Below, piece by piece: positions 54,746 through 64,000 of a DNA stretch of 64,000 nucleotides; position 1 is the first letter of the stretch; each line of letters opens with the position of its first letter. The stretch is from an uncultured virus (IMG/VR IMGVR_UViG_3300022939_000006) (taxonomy: Duplodnaviria; Heunggongvirae; Uroviricota; Caudoviricetes), in IMG/VR virus record IMGVR_UViG_3300022939_000006; one strand, 5' to 3'. The notes beneath the pieces are model-generated. The model was not told the DNA's origin. It made no database searches and saw only the letters and a list, made by a program, of their open reading frames with translations. The translations under genes and the position numbers were made by a program.

Positions 54746-54753
54746 TATCTTTT

Positions 54754-54787
54754 AAGGTTTACAAAGGAGACTTTGTAAGCCTTTTTT
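54754..54787 (+). terminator. Intrinsic terminator
   Basis: AAGGTTTACAAAG-GAGA-CTTTGTAAGCCTT-TTTT. Confidence 0.9.
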
Positions 54788-54794
54788 CATTTGT

Positions 54795-54896
54795 GATAAA
54801 TACTTGTGTCAGGTAGTGTGCCGCGAGGCGGACTTATGGGGAACCAACCCCGTAGCACCTAGAACGTGCATCGGACTTCTATAAAGGAGAAAACAA
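54795..54896 (+). promoter_or_regulatory. Late promoter (GATAAATA) plus structured 5' leader
   Basis: Three hairpins lie between the promoter and AAGGAG-ATG. Confidence 0.6.
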
Positions 54897-55343
54897 ATGG
54901 GAAGACCACTTAATAAAAGATACTTCGGCGAACCAACTGCCGGAGGTAATGAAATCAAATGCGATTTTCATAACGGGACAGCAGTTGTTGAAGGACACAT
55001 TGTTCGTCAAAAAGGTAGTAAGAAATTCGTAGTAGCAGAAATCGGTGCATCAGACACTGAATACACTTGCACATTAACAACAGGTAAACTTATGTCAGCA
55101 CTAGCGGCTGGTGAAATGGGTATCACTATGTTAATGGATGATTCAGAAACATATCAAGTTTCTAAAATCACTGGACGTAAAGCAACACTAGTTGCTCCAG
55201 ATGCAACAGGAACAAACGCTTATGACGGCAAGTCAGTAGCTTGGAACTTTGACGCAGATCTAACTGATGGCGGCGCACAAGTTGAAGAAGCTGGTGATGA
55301 CGATACAGCAGGCGTTGATGATGACGATTTCGCTAACGCATAA
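54897..55343 (+). CDS. Hypothetical (probably virion) protein
   Basis: 148 aa; strong RBS; late promoter. Confidence 0.65.
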   Translation: MGRPLNKRYFGEPTAGGNEIKCDFHNGTAVVEGHIVRQKGSKKFVVAEIGASDTEYTCTLTTGKLMSALAAGEMGITMLMDDSETYQVSKITGRKATLVAPDATGTNAYDGKSVAWNFDADLTDGGAQVEEAGDDDTAGVDDDDFANA

Positions 55344-55351
55344 GGCAATTT

Positions 55352-55375
55352 TAGGGAGGGAGTTTTCCCTCCCTA
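55352..55375 (+). terminator. Strong intergenic hairpin (attenuator or mRNA-stability element)
   Basis: TAGGGAGGGA-GTTT-TCCCTCCCTA; lacks a U-tract. Confidence 0.5.
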
Positions 55376-55392
55376 CATTATAGGAATTTGAA

Positions 55393-56367
55393 ATGACAAG
55401 TGTAGTAAGAGTACCAAATGATGATTATAGTATAAAAGTTCAAGACGGTGGAACTATCACTCTTGATACTGGACCTGTGCAAGGTGATGTAGTTGTAACA
55501 GGTAATATTACAATCAACGGTACACAAACTGTAGTTAATTCATCAGAGTTAAATATCGAAGATAACATTATTACACTAAACTCTGGAGAAACAGGTGTAG
55601 GTGTTACGCTACTTACGTCTGGTATACAAATAGACAGAGGCGGAGCGGCAGACAGTCAATTTTTATACGATGAAGGTATAACATGGACTGATCCTGTAAC
55701 TAATACTCTACAGAGCGGTGGATTTACATTTAAAAGTTTATCAGGTGCAATACTAGGTATACAAACTGTTGCAATTGATACACTTGGCGGAGATTTACAT
55801 TTAATTAATGAAGGAACTGGTGTTGTAAGTGTTACTGGCACTAATGATTATGAATTGCAAGTAACAGATGACGACGACATTCCGAATAAAAAATATGTTG
55901 ACGATGAAATTGTAACTGCATTAACTAGCACATTCCAAAGACGTATTGAAGAAGGAACAACAAGCAAGTCATTTGTTGAAGTAAGAGATCAAGAAATAAG
56001 CGGACTACAAAGTGTTGTTAATTTTAATTTAGACGGTACAGCTTCTGGACAAATTTTTGCAGACAGAGTTGAATTCCAAGATTTACGTATAAAAGACGGT
56101 ATGATTGAAACACTTATAAGTGATTCAGATTTAACATTATCAGCACCAGGTACTGGCGGAGTTGTTGTACGAGATAATATGACTCTTACATCTACTCCAG
56201 GATTAGATGATGTTCTTGTTGATCCAGCAAGTCCGACAGATGGTATAAAATTATATGTAAAAACTCCTGAAGCAGGTGGTACTGGTTTGTTTTTCAAACA
56301 TAGCGCATCAAAAGACGGAGAAATAGTAAGTAGAAATAGTGCTCTATTATTGAGCATGTTGTTTTAA
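55393..56367 (+). CDS. Fibre-like virion structural protein
   Basis: GN.TINGTQT.VNS..L.IEDNII.LN.GE...GIQIDRG; NKKYVD motif. Confidence 0.65.
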   Translation: MTSVVRVPNDDYSIKVQDGGTITLDTGPVQGDVVVTGNITINGTQTVVNSSELNIEDNIITLNSGETGVGVTLLTSGIQIDRGGAADSQFLYDEGITWTDPVTNTLQSGGFTFKSLSGAILGIQTVAIDTLGGDLHLINEGTGVVSVTGTNDYELQVTDDDDIPNKKYVDDEIVTALTSTFQRRIEEGTTSKSFVEVRDQEISGLQSVVNFNLDGTASGQIFADRVEFQDLRIKDGMIETLISDSDLTLSAPGTGGVVVRDNMTLTSTPGLDDVLVDPASPTDGIKLYVKTPEAGGTGLFFKHSASKDGEIVSRNSALLLSMLF

Positions 56368-56379
56368 AAAGGAAAAAAT

Positions 56380-56718
56380 ATGGCCATAGAAAACGTAGCA
56401 ATAGCAAGTACAGATACAGATCTACTTGTAGTGCCAGCCGGAAAATCCTATGCTGTATTAACCATTATGGTTTGTAATACTGAAGCACCAAATCCAGTTC
56501 ATTTAGAACATGGATTGACAAACTTTGATTTACACTTTGTAAAAAGTGGAGATCCTAAAAGTAATACAAATATGGTTATCAGATCATTAGATTTGCCCGC
56601 TGGTGAAACATTTACATTTGATTCAGAAAAAATTGTTCTGAATGCAGGTGATAAAATTGTAGCACTAGGAGAGTCTCCGACAAACTTAGTTGCAACAGTA
56701 AGTTATTTGGAAGTATAA
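56380..56718 (+). CDS. Hypothetical (small beta-rich virion) protein
   Basis: 112 aa; RBS AAGGA; within the structural operon. Confidence 0.6.
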   Translation: MAIENVAIASTDTDLLVVPAGKSYAVLTIMVCNTEAPNPVHLEHGLTNFDLHFVKSGDPKSNTNMVIRSLDLPAGETFTFDSEKIVLNAGDKIVALGESPTNLVATVSYLEV

Positions 56719-56720
56719 TT

Positions 56721-57221
56721 ATGAGATTAATGAAAGCACAAAGCTCTAATCTTAGAAGTATAAAAGGTAAGGGATTAAAATACGATATTAATGACGTTAT
56801 ACGTATGGACAGCAACTTGGCCATGGTTGTTCCTGTAGGTAATAATGCAGAGCGTCCTGTGTTTCCTGAACCAGGAATGCTTAGATACAACACAGTTTTA
56901 GATGCTTTTGAAATGTATTCAGATGGTGCTTGGGGAGAAGTTAGAAAAAAAGAACCAACTACTATTGTTCAACAAAATTTAGGTAATGGAGATGCTAATG
57001 AAACAGTATTTGGCCCGTTGAATAACGGTGATCCTAATTTTCCGGCACCTAAAACTGCAAAAAATATAATTGTGTTAGTGGAAAATGTATTCCAAATTTC
57101 AGGCACAAATTATCAACTAGTACAAAATCCAGGAGGAAAAGCACCTGGTTATTATATACAATTTAGTTCTGCACCCGATTTAGGTAAGCCGGTTACAGTA
57201 TTGCATAACTTTGATAAATAA
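56721..57221 (+). CDS. Virion structural protein
   Basis: VP.G..AERP...GMLRYNT....FE.Y..G.W fibre-associated motif; G.GD...T.F motif. Confidence 0.6.
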   Translation: MRLMKAQSSNLRSIKGKGLKYDINDVIRMDSNLAMVVPVGNNAERPVFPEPGMLRYNTVLDAFEMYSDGAWGEVRKKEPTTIVQQNLGNGDANETVFGPLNNGDPNFPAPKTAKNIIVLVENVFQISGTNYQLVQNPGGKAPGYYIQFSSAPDLGKPVTVLHNFDK

Positions 57222-57241
57222 TATTAGATTAGGAGTAATAA

Positions 57242-58198
57242 ATGCCGTCATTAAAATCATTGTTAGGATCAAAAAACTTTAGTACAGCAGAAGTTAACCT
57301 TGAACAAGGTAGAATTTATTCGTACATGAATGGTCAAATGTACACAAAAATGTGTAATGGTTTTTGTTTTGTAGCACCAGGAAATGGTGCTGTAACAATT
57401 GACTCTTGGGGCGCAGGAGGATCAGGGGCTAGAATGTGTTGTTGTGGAGGAGGACTTCCAGGCAATGCGGCGGCATTTACTCGAAAAGAAATAAGCATGA
57501 ATGCAGGACAAAGAATTTGTGGCTGTATTGGTAAGTCTTGTGGTAATGCAAGTTCTTTATGTTTTAGAGGATGTTCAGAACCTACTATGTACTGTTGGTT
57601 CTCTACAGGAAGCAATGGTTGTGTATGTACACAAGGTGGAAGAGGTGGAATTAGTTTTTGTTCAACTTCTCCAAGTTTGTATTGTTGCTATAGAGCAAAT
57701 GGTTTTTGTGCAACAAACAGAGGTCCAAACTGTGGACTAGTATGTAACCAGTGTTCAGGTGCTTTCTTAGCTTGTAGTTACGGTGGTGATATTAACAGAT
57801 GTGGTTGTATTAGTTGTTCTAGTTTCTTAGGATGTTATCCACAGTGTACATGTATGCACTATTATCACGTAGCACTACCAGCATATGTAATGGGTAAAGA
57901 TGGTACTATTGTTACATACGCAACAGAAGAAAATAATCCTTATTCAAGATGGTCAGGTATGGGAGCTCACCAATATGTAAACGCTCTTAACGCGGCAAGT
58001 AGAATGCCAAGTATGGGTGTATATCATGCTTCATGTTGGATGGGTAACAGAGCATGTCAGTGTTACGATATGTTAGGTTGTCAGCACCAAGTACCATACG
58101 GATCGGGCGGTCCTGCGGCAAATCCATGTCCAGGTGTTAGAGACCACGGATGGCGCGGCGGCGACGGCGCAGTTCGTATTAAATACGTCGAAAGCTAA
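57242..58198 (+). CDS. Cysteine- and glycine-rich putative tail-fibre-tip protein
   Basis: About 32 Cys in 318 aa; WGAGGSG...GG.G.VRI.Y glycine-rich domain; late promoter at 57213-20. Confidence 0.65.
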   Translation: MPSLKSLLGSKNFSTAEVNLEQGRIYSYMNGQMYTKMCNGFCFVAPGNGAVTIDSWGAGGSGARMCCCGGGLPGNAAAFTRKEISMNAGQRICGCIGKSCGNASSLCFRGCSEPTMYCWFSTGSNGCVCTQGGRGGISFCSTSPSLYCCYRANGFCATNRGPNCGLVCNQCSGAFLACSYGGDINRCGCISCSSFLGCYPQCTCMHYYHVALPAYVMGKDGTIVTYATEENNPYSRWSGMGAHQYVNALNAASRMPSMGVYHASCWMGNRACQCYDMLGCQHQVPYGSGGPAANPCPGVRDHGWRGGDGAVRIKYVES

Positions 58199-58240
58199 TA
58201 ATCTATTACCGATAAATACTGTGTCTAAAGAGGAATCCAC

Positions 58241-61200
58241 ATGGCACAAGTAGGTCGTATATCCGGACCATTATTAACTGCAAATTTAGAACGTCAAGGA
58301 AAAAATCTTGATTTTAGGAATGCATCTAATAGTGTTCCTACTCTTAAACTTGATGTTAATACAAACAAAATAGGTGTAAATTTATCTGCGCCTGCATTTG
58401 ATTTAGATGTTAATTCTACAATTAATGCACCCTTAGTAAGATTGCAATCTTACCAAACCGGTAATTTATCGGTTAGCGGACAAACTATTCAAGCTCTATC
58501 AGGAAATTTAGTTTTCGATGATGATGTTTATACTTCAAGAGCAAGAACACAGCAAATAGATATCCATAATAATACTATAAGCACATATGTTACAAATGCA
58601 AATTTAAATTTTCTTCCTAACGGCACAGGAACAATTGAACTACAATCTACTACGAATGTAACAGGAAGTTTACACGCTACCGGCGATATTACAATAGGCG
58701 GCAATTTAACAATTGGCGATAGTAATCAAGATACAATTACTTTAAACAGTGATGTTGACAGTGATGTTATACCTGTATTTGATAGTGCATTTGATTTAGG
58801 TAAAGATTATTTAGATTCGTCCCAACACAAAAGTTGGCAAAATCTTCATGTAAACGACTTAACAACAAATATATTAACAGTTACACAAGCAACAATTGAT
58901 AATATAGATTTTACCTTACGTGCTGGAAATATATTTTATGTAAGTTCTTTAGGTTCAGATACAAATAAAGGTGATCATCCACAATCTCAATTTTTAACTA
59001 TACGCAGAGCACTTGAAGCCGCAGATAGTAGTGCAAGTGGACCTACAATAATCCACGTTGCTCCAGGCGACTATGCTGAACAACTTCCGTTAGAAATACC
59101 TGCAAATACATCTATATTAGGACATGAGCTTAGAAACGTAACTATATTTCCTGACACTAACAGTCAAAGCGAAGATGTGTTTTTAATCGACGGCGATACA
59201 ACTATTGAAAATATTACAATTAAAGATTTTTATTATGATAGTGTAAACGACAAAGGCTACGCTATTAGATTTAAACCAAACGCAACAGTTACAAATAGAA
59301 GTCCTTACTTTAGGAATATTACTGTGCTTACAAAAGGATCAACAACTTCTGCAACTGATCCTAGAGGTTATAATGCAGGCGATGCAGGAAGAGCTATACT
59401 TGCAGATGGTGCAAGTGTTACAGCAAACTCTGAAGAAGCAAGTATGTTGTTTCATGCCTTTACTGCAATTACACCTGGAGCACAAGCAGTTACATTTACT
59501 AATGGTGTAAGAATTGAATGGTTGAACAGTTTTATCTACTTTGCAGAAACAGGTATTAAGTTAGAAAATGGACTTACCGGACATCTAAGCACAGATGGTA
59601 GCACAGTAAAATACGGTGCTGAAATGAGATGTATTGGTAGTGCAAACGTATACGGTAATAAAGGAATAATTGCTGACGGTAATGATTGCGTAGCATATTT
59701 GATCGATCATAATTTTGCATATATAGGAAATAATGAAGAAGTTGATAATGATAAAACTACCGTTATACAATCAAACGAAGTTACAGAATTAAACAATGGT
59801 AAAGTACTTTTTTCAAGTATAGATCATAACGGTGATTTAAGAGTAGGAAGTGCGTTATATGTAAATCAAGAAACAGGTGAAGTTGATATTAGCAGTGCTA
59901 ATTTTGATTTTAGTGGAGTTGATCAATTAGTTGTAAGAACTGAAGGCAGTAGTGTTACTATAGATAGCACACAAGTACGTACTGATTTTATACGATTCCA
60001 AAATAATATGATGGAATCAGTAGTTGGTGAATTAAACATCACAAGTCCACAAAGCGTAAACATAAATGCCAATACAAACATTACAGGTAATCTAGGTATA
60101 ACAGGAAATATTACAATAGGTGGAGAACTTATTACTTTTGGTGATGCAGACACAGATAGCATAGATTTAAGTGCAGATTTAGTAAGTAATATAATTCCTA
60201 ATTTTCATAACACATATAGTTTAGGTTCAACTACAAAAAGCTGGTCTAGATTATTTGCAGATCAATTAGACTTAGACGAAATTCAAATTAGTGGTAATAA
60301 TATTATTACTAATAATACAAACAGTGATTTATTAATAAATCCAGCAGGTACAGGGCAAACTACTTTTAATAATCTAGAAGTTGGTACAGATAGTACAGCA
60401 GGAACAGTCGATCTTAATGGAGCACAAACATTTAATAATGATTTGAATGTCAATGCATCAACAACATTTACAGGTGATATAGTTTCCAACAAAAATACAA
60501 CTTTTAATACTGTAACTACAACAAGTGTTGATGCACAAGGAATGGCAAATTTTGAAGGTGTTGCAATACTTGGTAATAAAATAACATCAACAGAAAGTGA
60601 TAGTAATTTAGAATTCCGTCCAAACGGAACAGGTAAAATTATAATTAACACCGATGTTGATGCAACAAATATTCAAGCACCTACTGCAAATTACAGTTTT
60701 GATAGTGCTACAATGACATCAAGTAGTGGCGAAAGATTAATAACAAATAATTATGATGTCGAAAATCAAATCATTGGTGATATAAAAATTGAAGGTAACA
60801 GAATTGATACTATAAGCACAAATGCAGATTTAGAATTTAGAGCAAACGGTACAGGTACAGTAATTTTACAAGAAAATGTTAATGTAACTAATGATATTTC
60901 TACCAGCAGTACAGACTTTACAACAGCAACAGGACAAAGTGTAACAACAAATTATGCAACAGTAAACACAGGCTTTACTGCTCCAGGAAGCAGTATTGGT
61001 AGTATTAAATTACATGGAAATACCATTGAAACATTTGACAGTAATGCAGATTTAGAATTAAGAGCAAGTGGTACAGGAACTGTACAGCTACAATCAAACA
61101 CAACAATTCAAAGTAATTTATCAGGTACATCGTACAATCAAAATATTGCAAACTATACAAATGCAACATTTGATGACATTACAATTACAAATAATGTTAC

Positions 61201-62494
61201 AGCACCTACAAACATTCAAACTGAAACTGTAAGTTTTGTAGGTAATGCAATTACTACAAATGCAAGCAATAGTGATCTAGATTTAAGAGCAAGTGGTACC
61301 GGTATTGTAAAACTGCAAGAAGATGTACTAATAGAAAATAATTTAACAATCAATGGTGCAACAAGTTTTAATATATCTAACGCAATTAATACAACTGTAA
61401 ATGATGTAACTACAAATGATTTATACGCACCTACTACTGCAATGTTTGAACAAATACTTGTTAATGGAAACAGTATGCAAACGTATTTGTCAAATTCAGA
61501 CTTTGTTTTCAAAGCATCTGGAACAGGAAATGTTGTTATCAATGATAGTGCAACAATAAACAACGCACTAACTATTGATGGAATACTAACTGTAGGAGGT
61601 ATTAATCTTAATGATGATATTGCTGTAAATCAATTAGAAATGAGCGGTAATATTTTCCTAGATGATAATTTTATAACAACAACAGAATCAAACAGTAATT
61701 TAGAACTTAGAGCAAATGGTGCGGCACTTGTTGAATTACAAGACCTACGTTTTAAAGATAATGTGTTAGATACAAAAACTGCTGATAGTACTGCGGCAGA
61801 TATAATATTCCAGCCGGGAGATTATTTGCAAATAGACTCTACAGGAGATTTATTATTACCAAAGGGTAATTTACCATTATATCAAGACGCTCAAATACAC
61901 TATGATATAAACTTTGACAGCTTTGTCGGATACAGTAATAATGTACACAAAACATTGGGCGGTTTAGCAAGTGATGATCAAAAAACTAGAGTGCTTGCAA
62001 ACACATCTACAAATGGCTTAGAATTTTACATAAAAAATAATAAAATTGCTGACATGGGATATCCTAATTCTACCACTTTCAATAGAGTAGAACTAGCAGG
62101 TATTGACATTGATGGAAACTTAATTACTTCAAATATTACTAATAGTGATTTGCTATTGTTGCCAGAACAAGGAACTGGTGCAGTAACTATAGACAACTGG
62201 CGTTTTTTAGACAATAATATACAAATTACAGGCACCGATAATCATGGTGAATTTGCAGGTACAGGCGATGGTTATGTTAAATTTGACGGTGTAAAAGGTG
62301 TTGTTATTCCTACAGGCGGAAGCGGAACTAGAGAGCCAAATCCAGAACAAGGACACATTAGATACAATACTTCATTGGCATTTTTAGAAGTATATGACGG
62401 TGCATCTTGGGTAACATCGGCAGGTAGCGGCGCAGGTACAAGTGAAGCAGAAATGCAAGAAATTATGAATGAATACATTCTAATCTTTGGGTAA
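58241..62494 (+). CDS. Long fibre-like virion protein with a beta-helix-like domain and internal repeats
   Basis: FYVS..GSD.N.G...F.TI.RAL...I.VAPG.Y.E domain; recurring ...N(A/S)(D/N)L...(A/P).GTG repeats; late promoter at 58211-18. Confidence 0.7.
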   Translation: MAQVGRISGPLLTANLERQGKNLDFRNASNSVPTLKLDVNTNKIGVNLSAPAFDLDVNSTINAPLVRLQSYQTGNLSVSGQTIQALSGNLVFDDDVYTSRARTQQIDIHNNTISTYVTNANLNFLPNGTGTIELQSTTNVTGSLHATGDITIGGNLTIGDSNQDTITLNSDVDSDVIPVFDSAFDLGKDYLDSSQHKSWQNLHVNDLTTNILTVTQATIDNIDFTLRAGNIFYVSSLGSDTNKGDHPQSQFLTIRRALEAADSSASGPTIIHVAPGDYAEQLPLEIPANTSILGHELRNVTIFPDTNSQSEDVFLIDGDTTIENITIKDFYYDSVNDKGYAIRFKPNATVTNRSPYFRNITVLTKGSTTSATDPRGYNAGDAGRAILADGASVTANSEEASMLFHAFTAITPGAQAVTFTNGVRIEWLNSFIYFAETGIKLENGLTGHLSTDGSTVKYGAEMRCIGSANVYGNKGIIADGNDCVAYLIDHNFAYIGNNEEVDNDKTTVIQSNEVTELNNGKVLFSSIDHNGDLRVGSALYVNQETGEVDISSANFDFSGVDQLVVRTEGSSVTIDSTQVRTDFIRFQNNMMESVVGELNITSPQSVNINANTNITGNLGITGNITIGGELITFGDADTDSIDLSADLVSNIIPNFHNTYSLGSTTKSWSRLFADQLDLDEIQISGNNIITNNTNSDLLINPAGTGQTTFNNLEVGTDSTAGTVDLNGAQTFNNDLNVNASTTFTGDIVSNKNTTFNTVTTTSVDAQGMANFEGVAILGNKITSTESDSNLEFRPNGTGKIIINTDVDATNIQAPTANYSFDSATMTSSSGERLITNNYDVENQIIGDIKIEGNRIDTISTNADLEFRANGTGTVILQENVNVTNDISTSSTDFTTATGQSVTTNYATVNTGFTAPGSSIGSIKLHGNTIETFDSNADLELRASGTGTVQLQSNTTIQSNLSGTSYNQNIANYTNATFDDITITNNVTAPTNIQTETVSFVGNAITTNASNSDLDLRASGTGIVKLQEDVLIENNLTINGATSFNISNAINTTVNDVTTNDLYAPTTAMFEQILVNGNSMQTYLSNSDFVFKASGTGNVVINDSATINNALTIDGILTVGGINLNDDIAVNQLEMSGNIFLDDNFITTTESNSNLELRANGAALVELQDLRFKDNVLDTKTADSTAADIIFQPGDYLQIDSTGDLLLPKGNLPLYQDAQIHYDINFDSFVGYSNNVHKTLGGLASDDQKTRVLANTSTNGLEFYIKNNKIADMGYPNSTTFNRVELAGIDIDGNLITSNITNSDLLLLPEQGTGAVTIDNWRFLDNNIQITGTDNHGEFAGTGDGYVKFDGVKGVVIPTGGSGTREPNPEQGHIRYNTSLAFLEVYDGASWVTSAGSGAGTSEAEMQEIMNEYILIFG

Positions 62495-62516
62495 GCTGTA
62501 CATTATTTCATAATCA

Positions 62517-62630
62517 CATAAATACATTATATAACATTAAATCAGACCTAAAATTTGATGTTATCATACTGTGGTCAACCCGCAATGTAAGGTGGTTGGT
62601 GGCACAAGATGCCCGTATTGAGGAGAAGAG
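62517..62630 (+). promoter_or_regulatory. Late promoter (CATAAATA) plus structured 5' leader
   Basis: 12-bp hairpin 62531-62564, then GTCAACC/GGTTGGT and GGCA/TGCC stems before the GAGGAG RBS. Confidence 0.55.
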
Positions 62631-64000
62631 ATGGCTGTAGGTCGCATATCCGGTCCGCTCTTAAAGTCAAATCTCGTTAGAAACGGGATTGACCTGGCTT
62701 TTGAGACGGATCTTCTATATTTGGATGTCAACAACTCGCGAGTTGGAATTAACACCAGCAATCCACAATACGATTTAGAAGTTAACGGCACAATTAGAGC
62801 AGACAATCTAATAGCAGATAATGTTATTGTTGACTCTCTTACATTTGAAAACAACAATATTTCAAGTGATACGGATATTATTAATCTAGGTACAGCTGAC
62901 AATGTTGTTTATCAAAACAAACTTGTTGTAAACAGTATTGAAATTAACGATAATACTATTAGAGTAATCGACAGTAATGCAAATTTAGAATTAGATGCCT
63001 CTGGTACAGGAACAATAGAATTACTTGCAGATACTAACGTAAGCGGTAATTTAAATGTTACAGGAAATGTAACAACAGATGGTAATATTACTTTAGGTGA
63101 CTCTGCAACAGATAGTATTGATTTTAATGCTGAACTAGCAAGTGATCTAATTCCAAATATCAATGACACATATAGTTTAGGTACACCAACAAAAAGATGG
63201 AATGCTGGTTATATACAAAGTGTAAATGCTAGTAATATTACAACTGATACACTGTCAGTTGATGGTATAGATTTACAAACTAGATACGGAAACATAGTTT
63301 ATGTTGCAGAAAATGGTGACAATGCTAACACAGGAACGCACCCGCAAGATCCAGTAGCAACTATTGAAAAAGCATTACAAGTTGTTACTGCTGGAGACAC
63401 AGTGCATATTATGCCAGGAGTGTATCAAGAAAGACTTCCGTTAGTAGTACCAGCAGGAGTAACAGTAAAAGGTCATAGTTTAAGAAGTGTTACAGTTCGA
63501 CCTGATAGTGTTGACTCTGAAGATGTATTTCATTTAAATGGTGAAACTACAGTTGAAGATTTAACAATACAAGATTTTTACTATAACAGCGGAACAGATG
63601 TTGGATATGCTTTTAGATTTGCACCAAACTTTGAAGTTACATCTCGTAGCCCATATATTAGAAACGTAACAGTTTTAACAAAAGGTAGTGTAACAAACGC
63701 TAGTGATCCTAGAGGATTTAATCAAGGTGACGCAGGTAAAGGTGCATATTTAGATGGTAGTGTCGCAACAGCAAATTCAAAAGAAGCAAGCGTTTTATTC
63801 CATGCTGTAACTTTTATTACTCCTGGAGTTGACGCATTGACTATTACAAACGGAGTAAGAGTTGAATGGTTAAATTCGTTTACATACTTTGCAAATAAAG
63901 GTATAAATGCAATTAACGGCGCTACTGGCCTCAAAGGCGCAGGTCAAACAGCAATTAGAGTTAGTGACCTAGACGGTTCGTTTAGTGCAGGAGAAACTTT
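62631..64000 (+). CDS. Long fibre-like virion protein, paralog of 58241..62494 (truncated at window edge)
   Basis: Not in the ORF track. ATG 62631 after GAGGAG; MAVGRISGPLLKSNLVRNGIDLAFETDLLYLDVNNSRVGINT...; shares RSPY.RN.TVLTKGS...DPRG...GDAG with the upstream gene. Confidence 0.85.
   Translation, partial: MAVGRISGPLLKSNLVRNGIDLAFETDLLYLDVNNSRVGINTSNPQYDLEVNGTIRADNLIADNVIVDSLTFENNNISSDTDIINLGTADNVVYQNKLVVNSIEINDNTIRVIDSNANLELDASGTGTIELLADTNVSGNLNVTGNVTTDGNITLGDSATDSIDFNAELASDLIPNINDTYSLGTPTKRWNAGYIQSVNASNITTDTLSVDGIDLQTRYGNIVYVAENGDNANTGTHPQDPVATIEKALQVVTAGDTVHIMPGVYQERLPLVVPAGVTVKGHSLRSVTVRPDSVDSEDVFHLNGETTVEDLTIQDFYYNSGTDVGYAFRFAPNFEVTSRSPYIRNVTVLTKGSVTNASDPRGFNQGDAGKGAYLDGSVATANSKEASVLFHAVTFITPGVDALTITNGVRVEWLNSFTYFANKGINAINGATGLKGAGQTAIRVSDLDGSFSAGET

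Noticed and set aside
58241..64000. Diversity-generating retroelement or invertible fibre cassette between the paralogous fibre genes
   Set aside because: Similarity is at the diverged protein level; I saw no near-identical TR/VR pair with adenine-specific differences, no reverse transcriptase and no invertase in the window.
1..64000. Stop-codon reassignment or inteins
   Set aside because: Core genes (portal, protease, capsid, gp46/47, gp55) are full length in the standard code, with dense packing and no intein-like insertions.

Overview
The window is part of the genome of a large, AT-rich, T4-superfamily-like myovirus, probably aquatic; the host cannot be identified with certainty. Bases 1-34515 form a leftward block of baseplate and fibre genes. 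It includes three paralogous 'MAY.IN' fibre/collar proteins, a 4950-aa giant structural protein, gp6, gp25, PAAR, a TIGR02594-type wall hydrolase, gp5 with a GH19 domain, a hub protein, gp53 and a gp48/54-like protein. From 34600 the genes run mostly rightward: late sigma gp55, gp47/gp46, a GIY-YIG nuclease, putative internal head proteins, a leftward tail-assembly chaperone, tape measure, portal, core/protease/scaffold/major capsid, an accessory island (GH5, SpeD-like) and further fibre genes. The most interesting signals are outside the ORF track. (1) A ~300-nt pseudoknotted structured element is fused to the 3' end of the stand-alone GIY-YIG gene. (2) A ~220-nt ncRNA has its own sigma70 promoter and terminator and two complementary UACC/GGUA loop pairs. 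(3) A glnA-type glutamine riboswitch precedes an unannotated 51-aa basic peptide. (4) A -1 ribosomal frameshift signal (U UUU UUC plus hairpin) lies in the tail chaperone gene. (5) There are TAAATA late promoters, some apparently giving leaderless mRNAs, and a repeated GTGCGTATAT element. All product calls come from motif recognition by eye, not from database searches, and all RNA structures are manual pairings.
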